Shown one piece after another: positions 10,485-20,634 of a DNA stretch of 64,000 nt. A model generated the notes under the pieces. It had not been told where the DNA came from. It was given only the letters and a program-made list of their open reading frames with translations, and made no database searches. The number at the start of each line of letters is the position of its first letter. Within the stretch, counting starts at the first letter, position 1. The stretch lies in contig CAWKJU010000009.1 in NCBI GenBank assembly GCA_963849955.1, positions 247,531-311,530 of the forward strand, in the 5' to 3' direction. The position numbers and the translations under genes were made by a program. This DNA is from an uncultured Cytophagales bacterium (GTDB lineage: Bacteria > Bacteroidota > Bacteroidia > Cytophagales > JAAEPT01).

Positions 10485-11087
10485 TTGATGAAATTAATGA
10501 CCAATTTACGAATTCCAATAGACTCAAAGACAAAAGCACTTATTTTTGATATAGATGGCACACTGTTAGACACTATGCCCATACATTATAAAGCCACCCA
10601 AATAGCTTGTGCTAACTATGGCTTTGAATTTCCCTTGGATTTTTTTTATGCTACCGCAGGAACTCCAACTCTCGAAGTATTCGAAATGCTTGGAGCGAAA
10701 CTCAATATCGATGCCAACTTTAAACAAGCCGCTCTCGACAAAGAAGAAATCTATAAATCACTTGCTGCTGAAATAAAACCTTTAGGAATTGTAGAAGAGA
10801 TCGTTAAATACTACTATGGCAAATTGCCTATGGTTTGTGGTACCGGGGGCACCCGTGAAATAGCAGAACTCAATTTACAGTCGAGTGGCATGAAACACTA
10901 TTTCGAAACAGTAATTACCTGTGATGATGTCACTCACCCCAAACCACACCCTGAAACTTTTCTTAAGGGGGCTGAATATTTAGGAGTTGACCCTCAATAT
11001 TGTCAAGTATTCGAAGATGCTGACCTCGGTTTACAAGCTGCACAATCAGCAGGGATGATTCCAACAGACATTCGACTTTATCTATAA
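10485..11087 (+). CDS. HAD-IA family hydrolase (beta-phosphoglucomutase-like)
   Basis: 200 aa with HAD motif I FDIDGTLLDT and a C-terminal EDADLGLQAA motif IV. Confidence 0.7.
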   Translation: MMKLMTNLRIPIDSKTKALIFDIDGTLLDTMPIHYKATQIACANYGFEFPLDFFYATAGTPTLEVFEMLGAKLNIDANFKQAALDKEEIYKSLAAEIKPLGIVEEIVKYYYGKLPMVCGTGGTREIAELNLQSSGMKHYFETVITCDDVTHPKPHPETFLKGAEYLGVDPQYCQVFEDADLGLQAAQSAGMIPTDIRLYL

Positions 11088-11108
11088 AATACTAGAACTA
11101 CCAAAGCT

Positions 11109-13403
11109 TTGAGAAATAAAACAACAATTAAAAAAAAGGGTAAAATCACATTTCTTCGATTTTTAATCTATTGCTTGTTGGGAGCAATTATTGTTGGTGC
11201 CATCTTTATTTTTGGATTTTATTATGCCGTAGCTTCAGGCTTATTTGGAAAGGTTCCTTCGAATGAAGAATTGAAGGAGGTGAAAAACTTTCAAGGTTCT
11301 GATATATATTCTGCTGATAACCAGCTAATGGGTCGATATTTTGTGGAGAATAGAAGCAATGTATCGTTTGAAGAACTTGCTCCATGTATTTCTCAAGCGT
11401 TAGTTGCTACAGAAGATGTACGGTTTTACCAACATCAAGGCATCGATCAACGAAGTTTAATGCGCGTACTTTTCAAAACCATTATTTTAGGTCAAAACAC
11501 GGGAGGTGGCAGCACAATTAGTCAACAGTTAGCAAAAAACTTATTTGGAAGAGAAAGCCATGGTTTTTTGACTATGCCCATAGCTAAGATTAAAGAAGGC
11601 ATTATAGCTAACCAACTCAATGAGCTATATACTAAGGAAGAAATTTTAACGCTTTACCTGAACACAGTATCACTTGGTGAGGACACCTATGGAATAGAAA
11701 CTGCTAGCGAACGTTTTTTTAATGTTACCCCAGAACATATCAAAGTTGAAGAAGCCGCAGTTTTAATCGGAATGCTTAAAGCACCTACCACGTACAACCC
11801 CCGTTTAAACCCGAATAATGCCTTAAGAAGAAGAAACACCGTATTGTCTCAAATGCACAAGTACAATTACTTAACCCAAGCAGTTTATGACAGCTTAAAA
11901 GCACTTCCTATCGTGTTGAATTATACTCGAAAAGACAAAAATGAGGGCTTAGCAGGATATTTCCGTGAACATGCAAAACAAGAGGCGGAAGCTTTACTTT
12001 TAGAGTATAAAAAAGAAAATGGAAAGCCTTATGATTTATATACAGATGGCTTAAAAATATACACTACTATTGACTCCCGCTTGCAAATTGCAGCTGAAAA
12101 AGCTTTAACCAACCATGTTGCAGCATTAACTAAACAAATTAGAAAAGAGCTTTGGACAGATTTAACCCGCGGAAGTAAGAAAAATATTACATTAAATGCC
12201 TTAAAAAAGTCGCCCCGTTATCAAACACTAAAACAAACTACTTCCTCTGAAAACGAACTCCTAAAAGCATTACGAACACCAATTAAAACGACCTTGTTCA
12301 CATTCAAAGGTGAAGTAGACACGACCATTTCCCCACTCGATTCGGTTGCTTACAACCTATCATTTCTACAATCTGCTTACATGGCGGTTAATCCGCAACA
12401 AGGCAATCTGTTGGCATGGGTTGGTGGAATTAATTATAAGTTTTTCCCTTATGACCATGTACTATCCTCCCGACAATTAGGGTCTGTTTTTAAACCATTA
12501 ATTTATGCCAAAGCTTTAGAAAGAGGTCGTGATATCTGTGATAAAATTAATAATGAGCAAATTAAATACACCCAATTTGACGACTGGTCTCCTAAAAACT
12601 CTGACGGTGAATATGGTGGTAAATATTCTTTAATAGGTGCCTTAACTAACTCCATTAATACGGTTAGTGTACAACTACTTATGGAATCAGGAATAAAAAA
12701 TCAATTGGACTTCTGTAAGCGTCTCGGGATAGAGGATTCCTTACCGGCAGTGCCCTCTATGGCACTGGGGACAGCTAACGTCTCATTAAATAAAATCATA
12801 GAAGTATACACGGTGTTTGCCAATCAAGGAAAAAAACAACCCATTTATTTCATTGAGAAAATAACTACTGCAGACGATGTGATCATTTATCAGCACAAAC
12901 AACCGGATGCAGAACAATTAATAGATACCCTTGTCGCTCAAAACATCACAAGAATGTTACAAAGTGTTACGGATAGTGGAACAGCCTCTCGTCTCCGCTA
13001 TAAATATAAATTCAAAAATGACATTGCAGGAAAAACCGGAACTACTCAAAATCAAACGGATGGCTGGTTTATAGGCTACACTCCTACTTTTCTTGCTGGC
13101 GTATGGACGGGTGCAGACAACCCACAAATTCACTTTTCTTCTATAAGAGATGGTCAGGGTGCAAATATGGCACTCCCAATTTGGGCAGAAGCTTTTAAAT
13201 CGTTTACCCGAGTTGATTCCATCAGAAGATATTATGCTCCTCCCTTCAATTATGATATTGAGGTCGATTGTGATTTATTCTACCCCGAAAAGACCGATTT
13301 CTTTCATCAATTATTTAAGCGAAAAACTCCCCGTGAAAATGAGTCAGATGGACTGGAAGGAAAAAAGAGAAGGAAGAAGTTTCGATTATTTGGAAGAAAC
13401 TAA
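11109..13403 (+). CDS. class A penicillin-binding protein 1A (glycosyltransferase + transpeptidase)
   Basis: 764 aa. N-terminal TM helix, GT51 motifs (ATEDVRFYQHQGID, GGSTISQQLAKN), and transpeptidase S*xxK (SVFKP) plus KTGT motifs are present. Confidence 0.85.
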   Translation: MRNKTTIKKKGKITFLRFLIYCLLGAIIVGAIFIFGFYYAVASGLFGKVPSNEELKEVKNFQGSDIYSADNQLMGRYFVENRSNVSFEELAPCISQALVATEDVRFYQHQGIDQRSLMRVLFKTIILGQNTGGGSTISQQLAKNLFGRESHGFLTMPIAKIKEGIIANQLNELYTKEEILTLYLNTVSLGEDTYGIETASERFFNVTPEHIKVEEAAVLIGMLKAPTTYNPRLNPNNALRRRNTVLSQMHKYNYLTQAVYDSLKALPIVLNYTRKDKNEGLAGYFREHAKQEAEALLLEYKKENGKPYDLYTDGLKIYTTIDSRLQIAAEKALTNHVAALTKQIRKELWTDLTRGSKKNITLNALKKSPRYQTLKQTTSSENELLKALRTPIKTTLFTFKGEVDTTISPLDSVAYNLSFLQSAYMAVNPQQGNLLAWVGGINYKFFPYDHVLSSRQLGSVFKPLIYAKALERGRDICDKINNEQIKYTQFDDWSPKNSDGEYGGKYSLIGALTNSINTVSVQLLMESGIKNQLDFCKRLGIEDSLPAVPSMALGTANVSLNKIIEVYTVFANQGKKQPIYFIEKITTADDVIIYQHKQPDAEQLIDTLVAQNITRMLQSVTDSGTASRLRYKYKFKNDIAGKTGTTQNQTDGWFIGYTPTFLAGVWTGADNPQIHFSSIRDGQGANMALPIWAEAFKSFTRVDSIRRYYAPPFNYDIEVDCDLFYPEKTDFFHQLFKRKTPRENESDGLEGKKRRKKFRLFGRN

Positions 13404-13483
13404 CCTTTTTTCGTGTTAATAAGTCAGTTTTTTGTTTTTCGATAACTCTCTTATTTTTGCGCCCCTAACCAAAAAAACAAAAA

Positions 13484-14824
13484 ATGATCAATAAATTTTT
13501 CTTATCAATAGCCTTCACAACGCTATTTGTAAGTACCTCTATGGCTCAGAGCGAACCCTCGGCTACCTTAGATACAGGAAACACCGCCTGGATGCTTATT
13601 TCTACCGCTCTGGTGATGTTAATGACCCCGGCAGGGTTAGCTTTATTTTACGGTGGTTTAACCCAAAACAAAAGTGTGTTAAATACGATTGGGATGAGCT
13701 ATGTAGCCTTCTGCACAGGTACAGTCACTTGGGTAGTTATTGGTTATTCATTAGCTTTTTCTGAGGGAGCAACACAATTTATAGGAGGTTTAAGCCATTT
13801 TATGTTACACGAAATTAAAGTCACTGACCTGGTTGAGTTTGCAGGAATTCCAAAACTGCTGGATGTGGCTTTTCAAGGCACCTTTGCTGCTATTGCCATC
13901 GCGATTGTCAGTGGATCTGTTATTGAGCGAGTACGATTTTCAACTTGGGTTGTATTTTCTATACTGTGGATAATAGCTGTCTATGCTCCAGTCTGCCACT
14001 GGGTGTGGGGAAGCAGTGATGGTTTTTTACATGGTGATTTAGATTTTGCAGGAGGCACTGTAATCCATGTTAATGCAGGAGTAGCTGGTTTAGTGTTATC
14101 GCTTATTCTGGGTAGACGCTTGAACCTTCAGGAAGAACGCAAACCCTCTTCTATCAAATTAATGATTCTAGGATCTGCTTTATTATGGTTTGGCTGGACG
14201 GGATTCAATGGCGGTAGTGCATATGGTGCAAACTTCCTTGCTGCAAATGCTGTTTTGGTCACATATGTGGCTGCATGTATTGGCGGACTGGTATGGTTAA
14301 TTATAGAGTGGTTTATCATCAAAAAACCTACGCTAATCGGTATTGCCTCTGGAGCTGTTTCTGGACTGGTAGGTATTACTCCTGCTGCAGGTTTTGTTGA
14401 CGTGCAAGGCGCACTTATTATTGGTATAATTTCCAGCTTAGTGGGTTATCTTGGCGTAGTGAAATTAAAAGAATACTTCGGTCATGATGATACATTAGAT
14501 GCTTTTGGAATGCATGGTTTAGTTGGAATTGCAGGAGCAATATTAACCGGTTTATTAGCTAACCCTGAAGTAGATGGTGAATCTGCAGGGTTATTTTATG
14601 GCAACCCCATGCAATTAGTCTTACAAATGAAATCGGTCGTAGTAACCATACTATATTCTGGAGTAGCTACTTATCTTGTATTTAAAATTAGCGCCTTTCT
14701 AACCGGAGGCAATGGCCGTATTAACCGTGCTATTGAGTTAGAAGGTATGGATATTGGATTTCACGGGGAACACCACATCGTCATTGAAACCCACAACATT
14801 CATGACATGAAAGTGAGAAAATAA
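13484..14824 (+). CDS. amt: ammonium transporter Amt
   Basis: 446 aa, polytopic, with Amt/MEP signature regions (DFAGGTVIHVNAGVAGL, GWTGFNGGSA). A strong terminator follows it. Confidence 0.85.
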   Translation: MINKFFLSIAFTTLFVSTSMAQSEPSATLDTGNTAWMLISTALVMLMTPAGLALFYGGLTQNKSVLNTIGMSYVAFCTGTVTWVVIGYSLAFSEGATQFIGGLSHFMLHEIKVTDLVEFAGIPKLLDVAFQGTFAAIAIAIVSGSVIERVRFSTWVVFSILWIIAVYAPVCHWVWGSSDGFLHGDLDFAGGTVIHVNAGVAGLVLSLILGRRLNLQEERKPSSIKLMILGSALLWFGWTGFNGGSAYGANFLAANAVLVTYVAACIGGLVWLIIEWFIIKKPTLIGIASGAVSGLVGITPAAGFVDVQGALIIGIISSLVGYLGVVKLKEYFGHDDTLDAFGMHGLVGIAGAILTGLLANPEVDGESAGLFYGNPMQLVLQMKSVVVTILYSGVATYLVFKISAFLTGGNGRINRAIELEGMDIGFHGEHHIVIETHNIHDMKVRK

Positions 14825-14830
14825 AAAAAA

Positions 14831-14863
14831 AGCCCCGATTGATAAAAATCGGGGCTTTTTTTA
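14831..14863. terminator. bidirectional rho-independent terminator between amt and the convergent lipoprotein gene
   Basis: The sequence agccccgatt-gataaa-aatcggggct is a 10-bp GC-rich stem, flanked by an A-run and a T-run. Confidence 0.8.
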
Positions 14864-14878
14864 TGAAATTATCAAGAA

Positions 14879-15427
14879 TTAAAATTCATCAATAATGTCT
14901 TCGATATGTCCCATTTTATCTGCTGTATAAGCTCCAGATGTCATGTAGACTACGACTCCATCTTTATCCAACACATAAAAATAAGGCTCATCTTTATTAG
15001 AAAAATTAAGTACATCCTTATAATCATTTAATTTGCCCTTGAATATTAAGATATGGTCTTTTAATTCCTCATCTGCACCTTCCTGCATTTGTTTGGTTGC
15101 AGCACCAGCGGCAGCTGCTTTCACCCCTGTGAACATTGGTACAAAATATAAATTCACATCATAAGGTTCATCCGCTAACAGCGAGTTTTTAGGAGCAACA
15201 GCAATGAACTTCGAATAAATTGGTTTGTACCAACTCTGTAAAGCTTCTTCTGATTTTTTTGAATAGGCTAAACCAAGTAAAGTATATTTTCCGGTGTTTT
15301 TTAATGGTAACACTACTTCCTTATCATCTAAGTCTTTACAACTCATCTCGGGAAAAGGCTTTCCTTTTTGTGCTTGAACAAAAAAAGCACTGCATACTAT
15401 TAATGCTGAAGTAACTATATTTCTCAT
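14879..15427 (-). CDS. hypothetical lipoprotein/secreted protein
   Basis: 182 aa with a signal peptide (MRNIVTSALIVCSAFFVQAQ) and no clear motifs. Confidence 0.4.
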   Translation of the reverse strand: MRNIVTSALIVCSAFFVQAQKGKPFPEMSCKDLDDKEVVLPLKNTGKYTLLGLAYSKKSEEALQSWYKPIYSKFIAVAPKNSLLADEPYDVNLYFVPMFTGVKAAAAGAATKQMQEGADEELKDHILIFKGKLNDYKDVLNFSNKDEPYFYVLDKDGVVVYMTSGAYTADKMGHIEDIIDEF

Positions 15428-15535
15428 ATTTTCTTTAAAATTTAATTGATAATATAAACAAATCTTACTGATTCAAAAAGACAATTTCATGATTCAGACA
15501 ATCGTTAGTATATTTGTAATAAATATCATACCAAT

Positions 15536-16528
15536 ATGACTAAACTACTATTATCTTCTCTTGTACTAATTTCTTTTATCGGCTTTTCTCAACCTGATAT
15601 TAACTGGTTAACCATTGAAGAAGCTGAAGCACAAAACAAGATAACACCTAAACCCTTTTTAATTGACATTTACACAGACTGGTGTGGATGGTGTAAAAAA
15701 CTGGATGCCACAACCTATAAAGACCCTCAAGTTGTTGGCTTCGTTAACGAAAATTTTTATGCGGTAAAATTTAATGCTGAAACGCAGGATACCATTGAAT
15801 TTCAAGGTGAAACTTATGTTAACAAAAGTTCGGCAAACCGGTCAACTCACCAACTCGCTTATAAGTTTATGCCCGATAGAAGATCATATCCTACTACTTA
15901 TTTCATGGATGAAACAATGAAAATCAACCTCATTGTACCAGGTTACCTTGACTCCAAAGACATGGCACCTTTTTTAGTTTTTTACAACGAAAAAGTCTAC
16001 GAATCATCCAACATCAATGACTTTAGAACAAACTTTAAAACTACTTTTGAATCAGAAACAACTGAAAACGTTAACTGGCTTACCATGCAAGAGGCATTGG
16101 AAAAAAACAAGACGGAAAAGAAGAAAATTTTAGTGTTTTTAAATGATGAGGCCACTATCTCAGGGAAAGTTATGAAAGCAACTAGCTTAGAAGACTCGGC
16201 TGTTGCGGCTTACATCAACAAAAACTACTTGGCTGTAAACTTCAATACGCGTTCTCGAGATGAAATAACCATCAATGATCAAAAGTTAATCAATGACCCG
16301 GCCGATGGTCCTTATCATCAACTGGTTATTGCTGGCATGAATGGCAATCCAGTAAAATTCCCATCGTGTCTGTTTTTTGATGAGAACAACTTACTGATCA
16401 CCCCAGTACCACAATATATGGATCCGAATTTCACTATTCCTGTAATTACTTATTTTAAGGAAGATAAATATAAGGATACAGAATTTGCTGCCTATTTAAA
16501 TGAATACCGTGCTAATCAGGCTAAATAA
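15536..16528 (+). CDS. thioredoxin-fold protein (tandem thioredoxin-like domains, secreted)
   Basis: 330 aa with a signal peptide. A WCGWC CxxC active-site motif sits in the first domain, and the second half is a degenerate repeat. Confidence 0.6.
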   Translation: MTKLLLSSLVLISFIGFSQPDINWLTIEEAEAQNKITPKPFLIDIYTDWCGWCKKLDATTYKDPQVVGFVNENFYAVKFNAETQDTIEFQGETYVNKSSANRSTHQLAYKFMPDRRSYPTTYFMDETMKINLIVPGYLDSKDMAPFLVFYNEKVYESSNINDFRTNFKTTFESETTENVNWLTMQEALEKNKTEKKKILVFLNDEATISGKVMKATSLEDSAVAAYINKNYLAVNFNTRSRDEITINDQKLINDPADGPYHQLVIAGMNGNPVKFPSCLFFDENNLLITPVPQYMDPNFTIPVITYFKEDKYKDTEFAAYLNEYRANQAK

Positions 16529-16579
16529 TTCACTCCATCTAATTCTAGACTTTCTGTGTTAACTGGTTGAAGTATTTAA

Positions 16580-17452
16580 ATGACCACACTCCTTTATTAT
16601 CTCCTTCTTCCCCTAATTTATGGTATATCTTTACTTCCATTTAGAATATTATATCATCTATCCGATTTTTTGAACTTGATACTTTTTAAATGTATTGGGT
16701 ACCGAAAGAAAATCATTGATCAAAACTTAAAAAATTCTTTTCCAGAAAAAACTGAAGATGAAATCCAACAAATAAAAAATCAGTTTCATGAATTTTTCTG
16801 TGACCTGATTGTTGAAACAATAAAATCATTAACTATATCCCCTACTACTTTATTAAAACGCGTTGCCTTTGAGGACAATGGTTTATTTGAACACTACTAT
16901 AAACAAAAGCAAAGTGTAGTAGTTGTTATGGGTCATTTAGGTAATTGGGAGCTTGGTGGTGCTCGGTTTAGTCAAAACCAGTATCATCAACTCTACATCA
17001 TTTATCACCCTATGTCTATTAAACTCTTTGATCAGTTAGTTTACAAAATGCGAACCCGCTTGGGCAATAAGCTGTATGCCATGAAGGATACCTTTAGAGG
17101 GATGCTAAAAAACAAAAATGAACTTACAGCAACTGCCTTTATAGCGGATCAAACTCCACCGCCAAAAAATGCGTACTGGACTACATTCTTACATCAAGAC
17201 ACCCCAATATTTGGTGGTACTGCAAAAATTTCTAAAAAATTTAATTATCCAATCATCTATATATCGATCACAAGACCTCAGCGAGGGTATTATGCGATTA
17301 AAAGCGAATTGCTTATTGAAAACCCTGATTATCTGAGCGAAAACGAAATTTCAGAACTTCACACGCGAAGATTAGAAAAAGATATTCGTCAATATCCTTC
17401 TATTTGGTTTTGGGTACATCGGAGATGGAAGCATAAAAAATCAATTACTTAA
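16580..17452 (+). CDS. lipid A biosynthesis acyltransferase (LpxL/HtrB/MsbB lysophospholipid acyltransferase family)
   Basis: 290 aa. It has an N-terminal TM segment and the MGHLGNWE block (HX4[DE]-like acyltransferase region), with family-typical length. Confidence 0.65.
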   Translation: MTTLLYYLLLPLIYGISLLPFRILYHLSDFLNLILFKCIGYRKKIIDQNLKNSFPEKTEDEIQQIKNQFHEFFCDLIVETIKSLTISPTTLLKRVAFEDNGLFEHYYKQKQSVVVVMGHLGNWELGGARFSQNQYHQLYIIYHPMSIKLFDQLVYKMRTRLGNKLYAMKDTFRGMLKNKNELTATAFIADQTPPPKNAYWTTFLHQDTPIFGGTAKISKKFNYPIIYISITRPQRGYYAIKSELLIENPDYLSENEISELHTRRLEKDIRQYPSIWFWVHRRWKHKKSIT

Positions 17453-17467
17453 TGTATATTTACAAGA

Positions 17468-18448
17468 ATGTTGGAAGGAAAAGATTTATTATTAGCAACA
17501 CGGAAGTACGCTAAAGAAGATAGAAAAAAGAGCTGGTTTTTATTTCTAAGCACTTTTTCTTTAATGATAGCTGCTTATGCAGGTGCCGTTGTATCTCCTT
17601 TTTTAATTCCTCAGATTATATTAAGCATCCTTGCCGGACTTATTTCTGTGCGCTTATTTATCATCTACCATGATTATTTGCACAACTCAATATTGCAAGA
17701 TTCAATTTTTGCTAAAATTTTATTCATGTTTTATGGCCTCTTCATGTTAACGCCCACTTCTATCTGGAAACGTTCCCATGATTATCATCATGCCAACAAT
17801 GCTAAGCTTTATACCACTAGCATTGGATCATTTCCTTTAGTTACAAAAAAAGAATTTTTAGCTGCTAGTAAAAGTGAGCGTTCTAAATACCTTTTTGTAA
17901 GAAATCCTTTTACAATAGCATTTGGTTATTTCTTTGCATTTCTCTGGGGTATGTGTATCAGAACCTTACTTGTAAATCCAAAAAAGCATCTTGACACGTT
18001 CTTTGCTATACTTTTCCATTATGGAATAGGTTTTACTATTTATTATTTCTTTGGCTTTCAAAGCTTTTTCTTCGGGTTCTTCTTTCCTACTTTCTTCAAC
18101 TGTGCCTTGGGTGCTTATTTGTTTTATGCACAACACAATTTCCCTGGCGCGATCTACAAAAATAAAGAAGGATGGGATTATACCCATGCAGCATTATATT
18201 CGTCCAGTTTTATGAAAATGAGTGGCGTAATGCACTGGTTTACAGGAAATATTGGTTATCACCATATTCATCACTTAAACCATAAAATACCTTTTTACAA
18301 CTTACCAAAAGCATTTAACGAGATGGTAGAATTACAACAACCTGTAATCACATCGCTATCTCCATTAGACATCTATCAGTGTCTTAAATTAAAAGTTTGG
18401 GATCCTGAAAATGGTAAAATGATTGGTTTGAAAGAAGTTTATGCCTAA
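17468..18448 (+). CDS. membrane fatty-acid desaturase
   Basis: 326 aa, polytopic, with three His boxes (HDYLHNS, HDYHHAN, HHIHHL). Confidence 0.75.
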   Translation: MLEGKDLLLATRKYAKEDRKKSWFLFLSTFSLMIAAYAGAVVSPFLIPQIILSILAGLISVRLFIIYHDYLHNSILQDSIFAKILFMFYGLFMLTPTSIWKRSHDYHHANNAKLYTTSIGSFPLVTKKEFLAASKSERSKYLFVRNPFTIAFGYFFAFLWGMCIRTLLVNPKKHLDTFFAILFHYGIGFTIYYFFGFQSFFFGFFFPTFFNCALGAYLFYAQHNFPGAIYKNKEGWDYTHAALYSSSFMKMSGVMHWFTGNIGYHHIHHLNHKIPFYNLPKAFNEMVELQQPVITSLSPLDIYQCLKLKVWDPENGKMIGLKEVYA

Positions 18449-18632
18449 TCAGAATAGATTAGGCTCAAATTCTTCTTTATCAATTGAATATAATAATTTA
18501 TACTCAACTATTTTTTTATATTTATAACCAATGAAAATTGATCCTTTTCACCAAAAAGTCATAAAAAGCAATTGTTCATATCTTCGACAATACCTATTTA
18601 ATTATATTTCTAAACAATAATATTATCCCCTC

Positions 18633-19232
18633 ATGAAAAAGAACTTAATTTTCCCATTAGTGACCACCTTATTGCTGATCGTATGTTTTGCATTTAACAA
18701 TTCCTTGGTATCGTATAAAGTCAACCCAGGACTATCCACTTTGAAATGGAAAGGGTCGAAAGTAATTGGCAGTAGTCACACCGGAAACATAAAGCTTAAA
18801 AGTGGTACACTGCTTATGGAGTCTGACAAATTGAAAGGTGGAAATTTCACTATTGACATGACCAGTATCACAAACTCGGATATTGAGGATAAAAAAAACA
18901 GACAAAAATTAGTTAATCACTTAGAATCTGATGACTTTTTTAGTGTAAAACAATACCCTGAAGCAACATTTAAAATCACTTCTTTTGTTGATAAAGGTGA
19001 TGGTAATTATACAATAAATGGCGACTTAACTATAAAAGATAAGACAGAGCCAATTAGCTTTCCTGCGATAGTTATGCATAAAGATTCGCAGGTGGTAGCC
19101 TCAGCTAAAATAACATTTGACCGTTCAAAGTTTGATGTACGTTATGGATCAGGTAGCTTTTTTGATAACCTGGGCGACAAAGCTATTTCTGATGAAATTG
19201 AAATGGATGTTGCGTTAATTGCTAAAAAATAA
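18633..19232 (+). CDS. YceI-family periplasmic protein
   Basis: 199 aa with a signal peptide. Its beta-barrel-like composition and conserved pattern (STLKWKGSKVIGSSHTGNIK ... DLTIKDKTEPISF) are typical of the YceI-like domain. Confidence 0.7.
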   Translation: MKKNLIFPLVTTLLLIVCFAFNNSLVSYKVNPGLSTLKWKGSKVIGSSHTGNIKLKSGTLLMESDKLKGGNFTIDMTSITNSDIEDKKNRQKLVNHLESDDFFSVKQYPEATFKITSFVDKGDGNYTINGDLTIKDKTEPISFPAIVMHKDSQVVASAKITFDRSKFDVRYGSGSFFDNLGDKAISDEIEMDVALIAKK

Positions 19233-19248
19233 ATAAACAGTAAAAAAA

Positions 19249-19285
19249 ACGGCTGTTTGAATTAACACAAACAGCCGTGTTTCAT
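19249..19285. terminator. bidirectional rho-independent terminator between yceI-like gene and metY
   Basis: The sequence acggctgtttg-aattaacac-aaacagccgt is a stem, with an A-run before and a T-rich stretch after. Confidence 0.75.
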
Positions 19286-19291
19286 TTATAA

Positions 19292-20566
19292 TTATTTTGA
19301 CTTTGCAAATGCCTGATCTAAATCGGCTTTTAAATCATCAATGTGTTCAATTCCTATACACAACCTCAGCAAATCGGGTGTAATACCTGCTTTTGATTGT
19401 TGGTCTACTGTCATCTGACCGTGAGTAGTTGAAGCGGGGTGACAAGCTAGCGATTTTGCATCACCGATGTTCACTAATCGTTTAAACAAACCAAGTGCAT
19501 CGTAGAATTTAACTGCAGCATCATATCCTCCTTTAATTCCGAAAGTTAATAATGAAGAAGGTTTACCATCACAGTACTTTTTAGCCAAATCGTAATATTC
19601 ACTGCTCGATAAACCACCATACCCTACCCATTCCACTTGTGGGTGTTTCTCTAAATACTTCGCTACCGCCAATGCATTATCACAATGGCGTTCCATCCGA
19701 AGACTTAAGGTCTCTAGGCCCTGCATCAATTGAAAGGCTGACATCGCTGGCAAGGCTGCTCCGGTGTTTCTCAACCCAATAGTTCACATATAAGCGATGT
19801 AGGCGGCAGGACCAAAAGTTTCATTGAACACCAAACCATGATAACTCGGTTCTGGCTCATTAAATTGCGGGAATCGATCCACATGTTTGTTCCAAGGAAA
19901 TTTACCACTGTCCACAACCACACCTCCCAGGGTGGTACCATGTCCGCCAACGTATTTTGTTAATGAATGCACAACGATGTCTGCACCATACGCAATGGGA
20001 TTGATGAGTATAGGCGTAGCTACGGTATTATCAACTATTACAGGTACCCCATTCTGGTGTGCTACTGCTGAGATACCTTCGATATCTGTAATGTTTCCTG
20101 CGGGATTGCCTATTGACTCACAAAATACTGCTTTCGTTTTATCATCAATTAACTTAGCAATGTCTGCAGGTTCTGAAGAGGCTGCAAAACGCACTTGGAT
20201 ACCCAATTTTGGTAAAGCATGAGCAAATAAGGTATAAGTTCCACCATACAGTTGGGGCGAAGCAATGATATTGTCTCCCGCTACGGCTAAGTTTAAAATA
20301 GCATAGTTGACTGCAGCACTACCCGAGCTAACACATAACGCTGCCACTCCACCTTCCAATGCCGCCATTCTTTTTTCTAGGACATCCACTGTAGGATTCA
20401 TAATTCTACTGTATATGTTACCTGGAACGGCTAAATTAAATAAGTCTGCACCGTGTTGAGCGTCATCAAACTCATATGCTACGGTCTGATAGATTGGTAC
20501 CGCTATGGACTTTGTTGTTGGCTCCGTTTCGTATCCTGCATGGATACTTAATGTTTCTTTTTTCAT
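19292..20566 (-). pseudogene. metY: O-acetylhomoserine aminocarboxypropyltransferase/sulfhydrylase (MetY, PLP-dependent) interrupted by a single in-frame TGA
   Basis: Two track ORFs (19784-20566 and 19292-19774) are in the same frame and separated only by a TGA at 19784-19786 (...[29 protein letters not shown]...). Together they give a ~425-aa Cys/Met-metabolism PLP enzyme ([10 protein letters not shown] lysine motif). TGA is a genuine stop elsewhere in the window. Confidence 0.6.
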
Positions 20567-20634
20567 ATTGATTCTGAACTATTTGATATCAACTCAATTA
20601 ACACCTAACTCTTCTTATAGTTGAGGCGAACTAA

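Noticed and set aside
13150-13419. 89-aa ORF overlapping the 3' end of the PBP1A gene.
   Set aside because: It is in an alternative frame of a strongly supported CDS, and it has no motifs.
19784-19786. The in-frame TGA in metY as selenocysteine or genome-wide TGA recoding.
   Set aside because: TGA terminates several well-supported genes in the same window (ptuA at 47922, hsdR at 49784, the KAP NTPase at 52840). No SECIS-like hairpin follows. The aligned residue in this enzyme family is not a catalytic Cys position.
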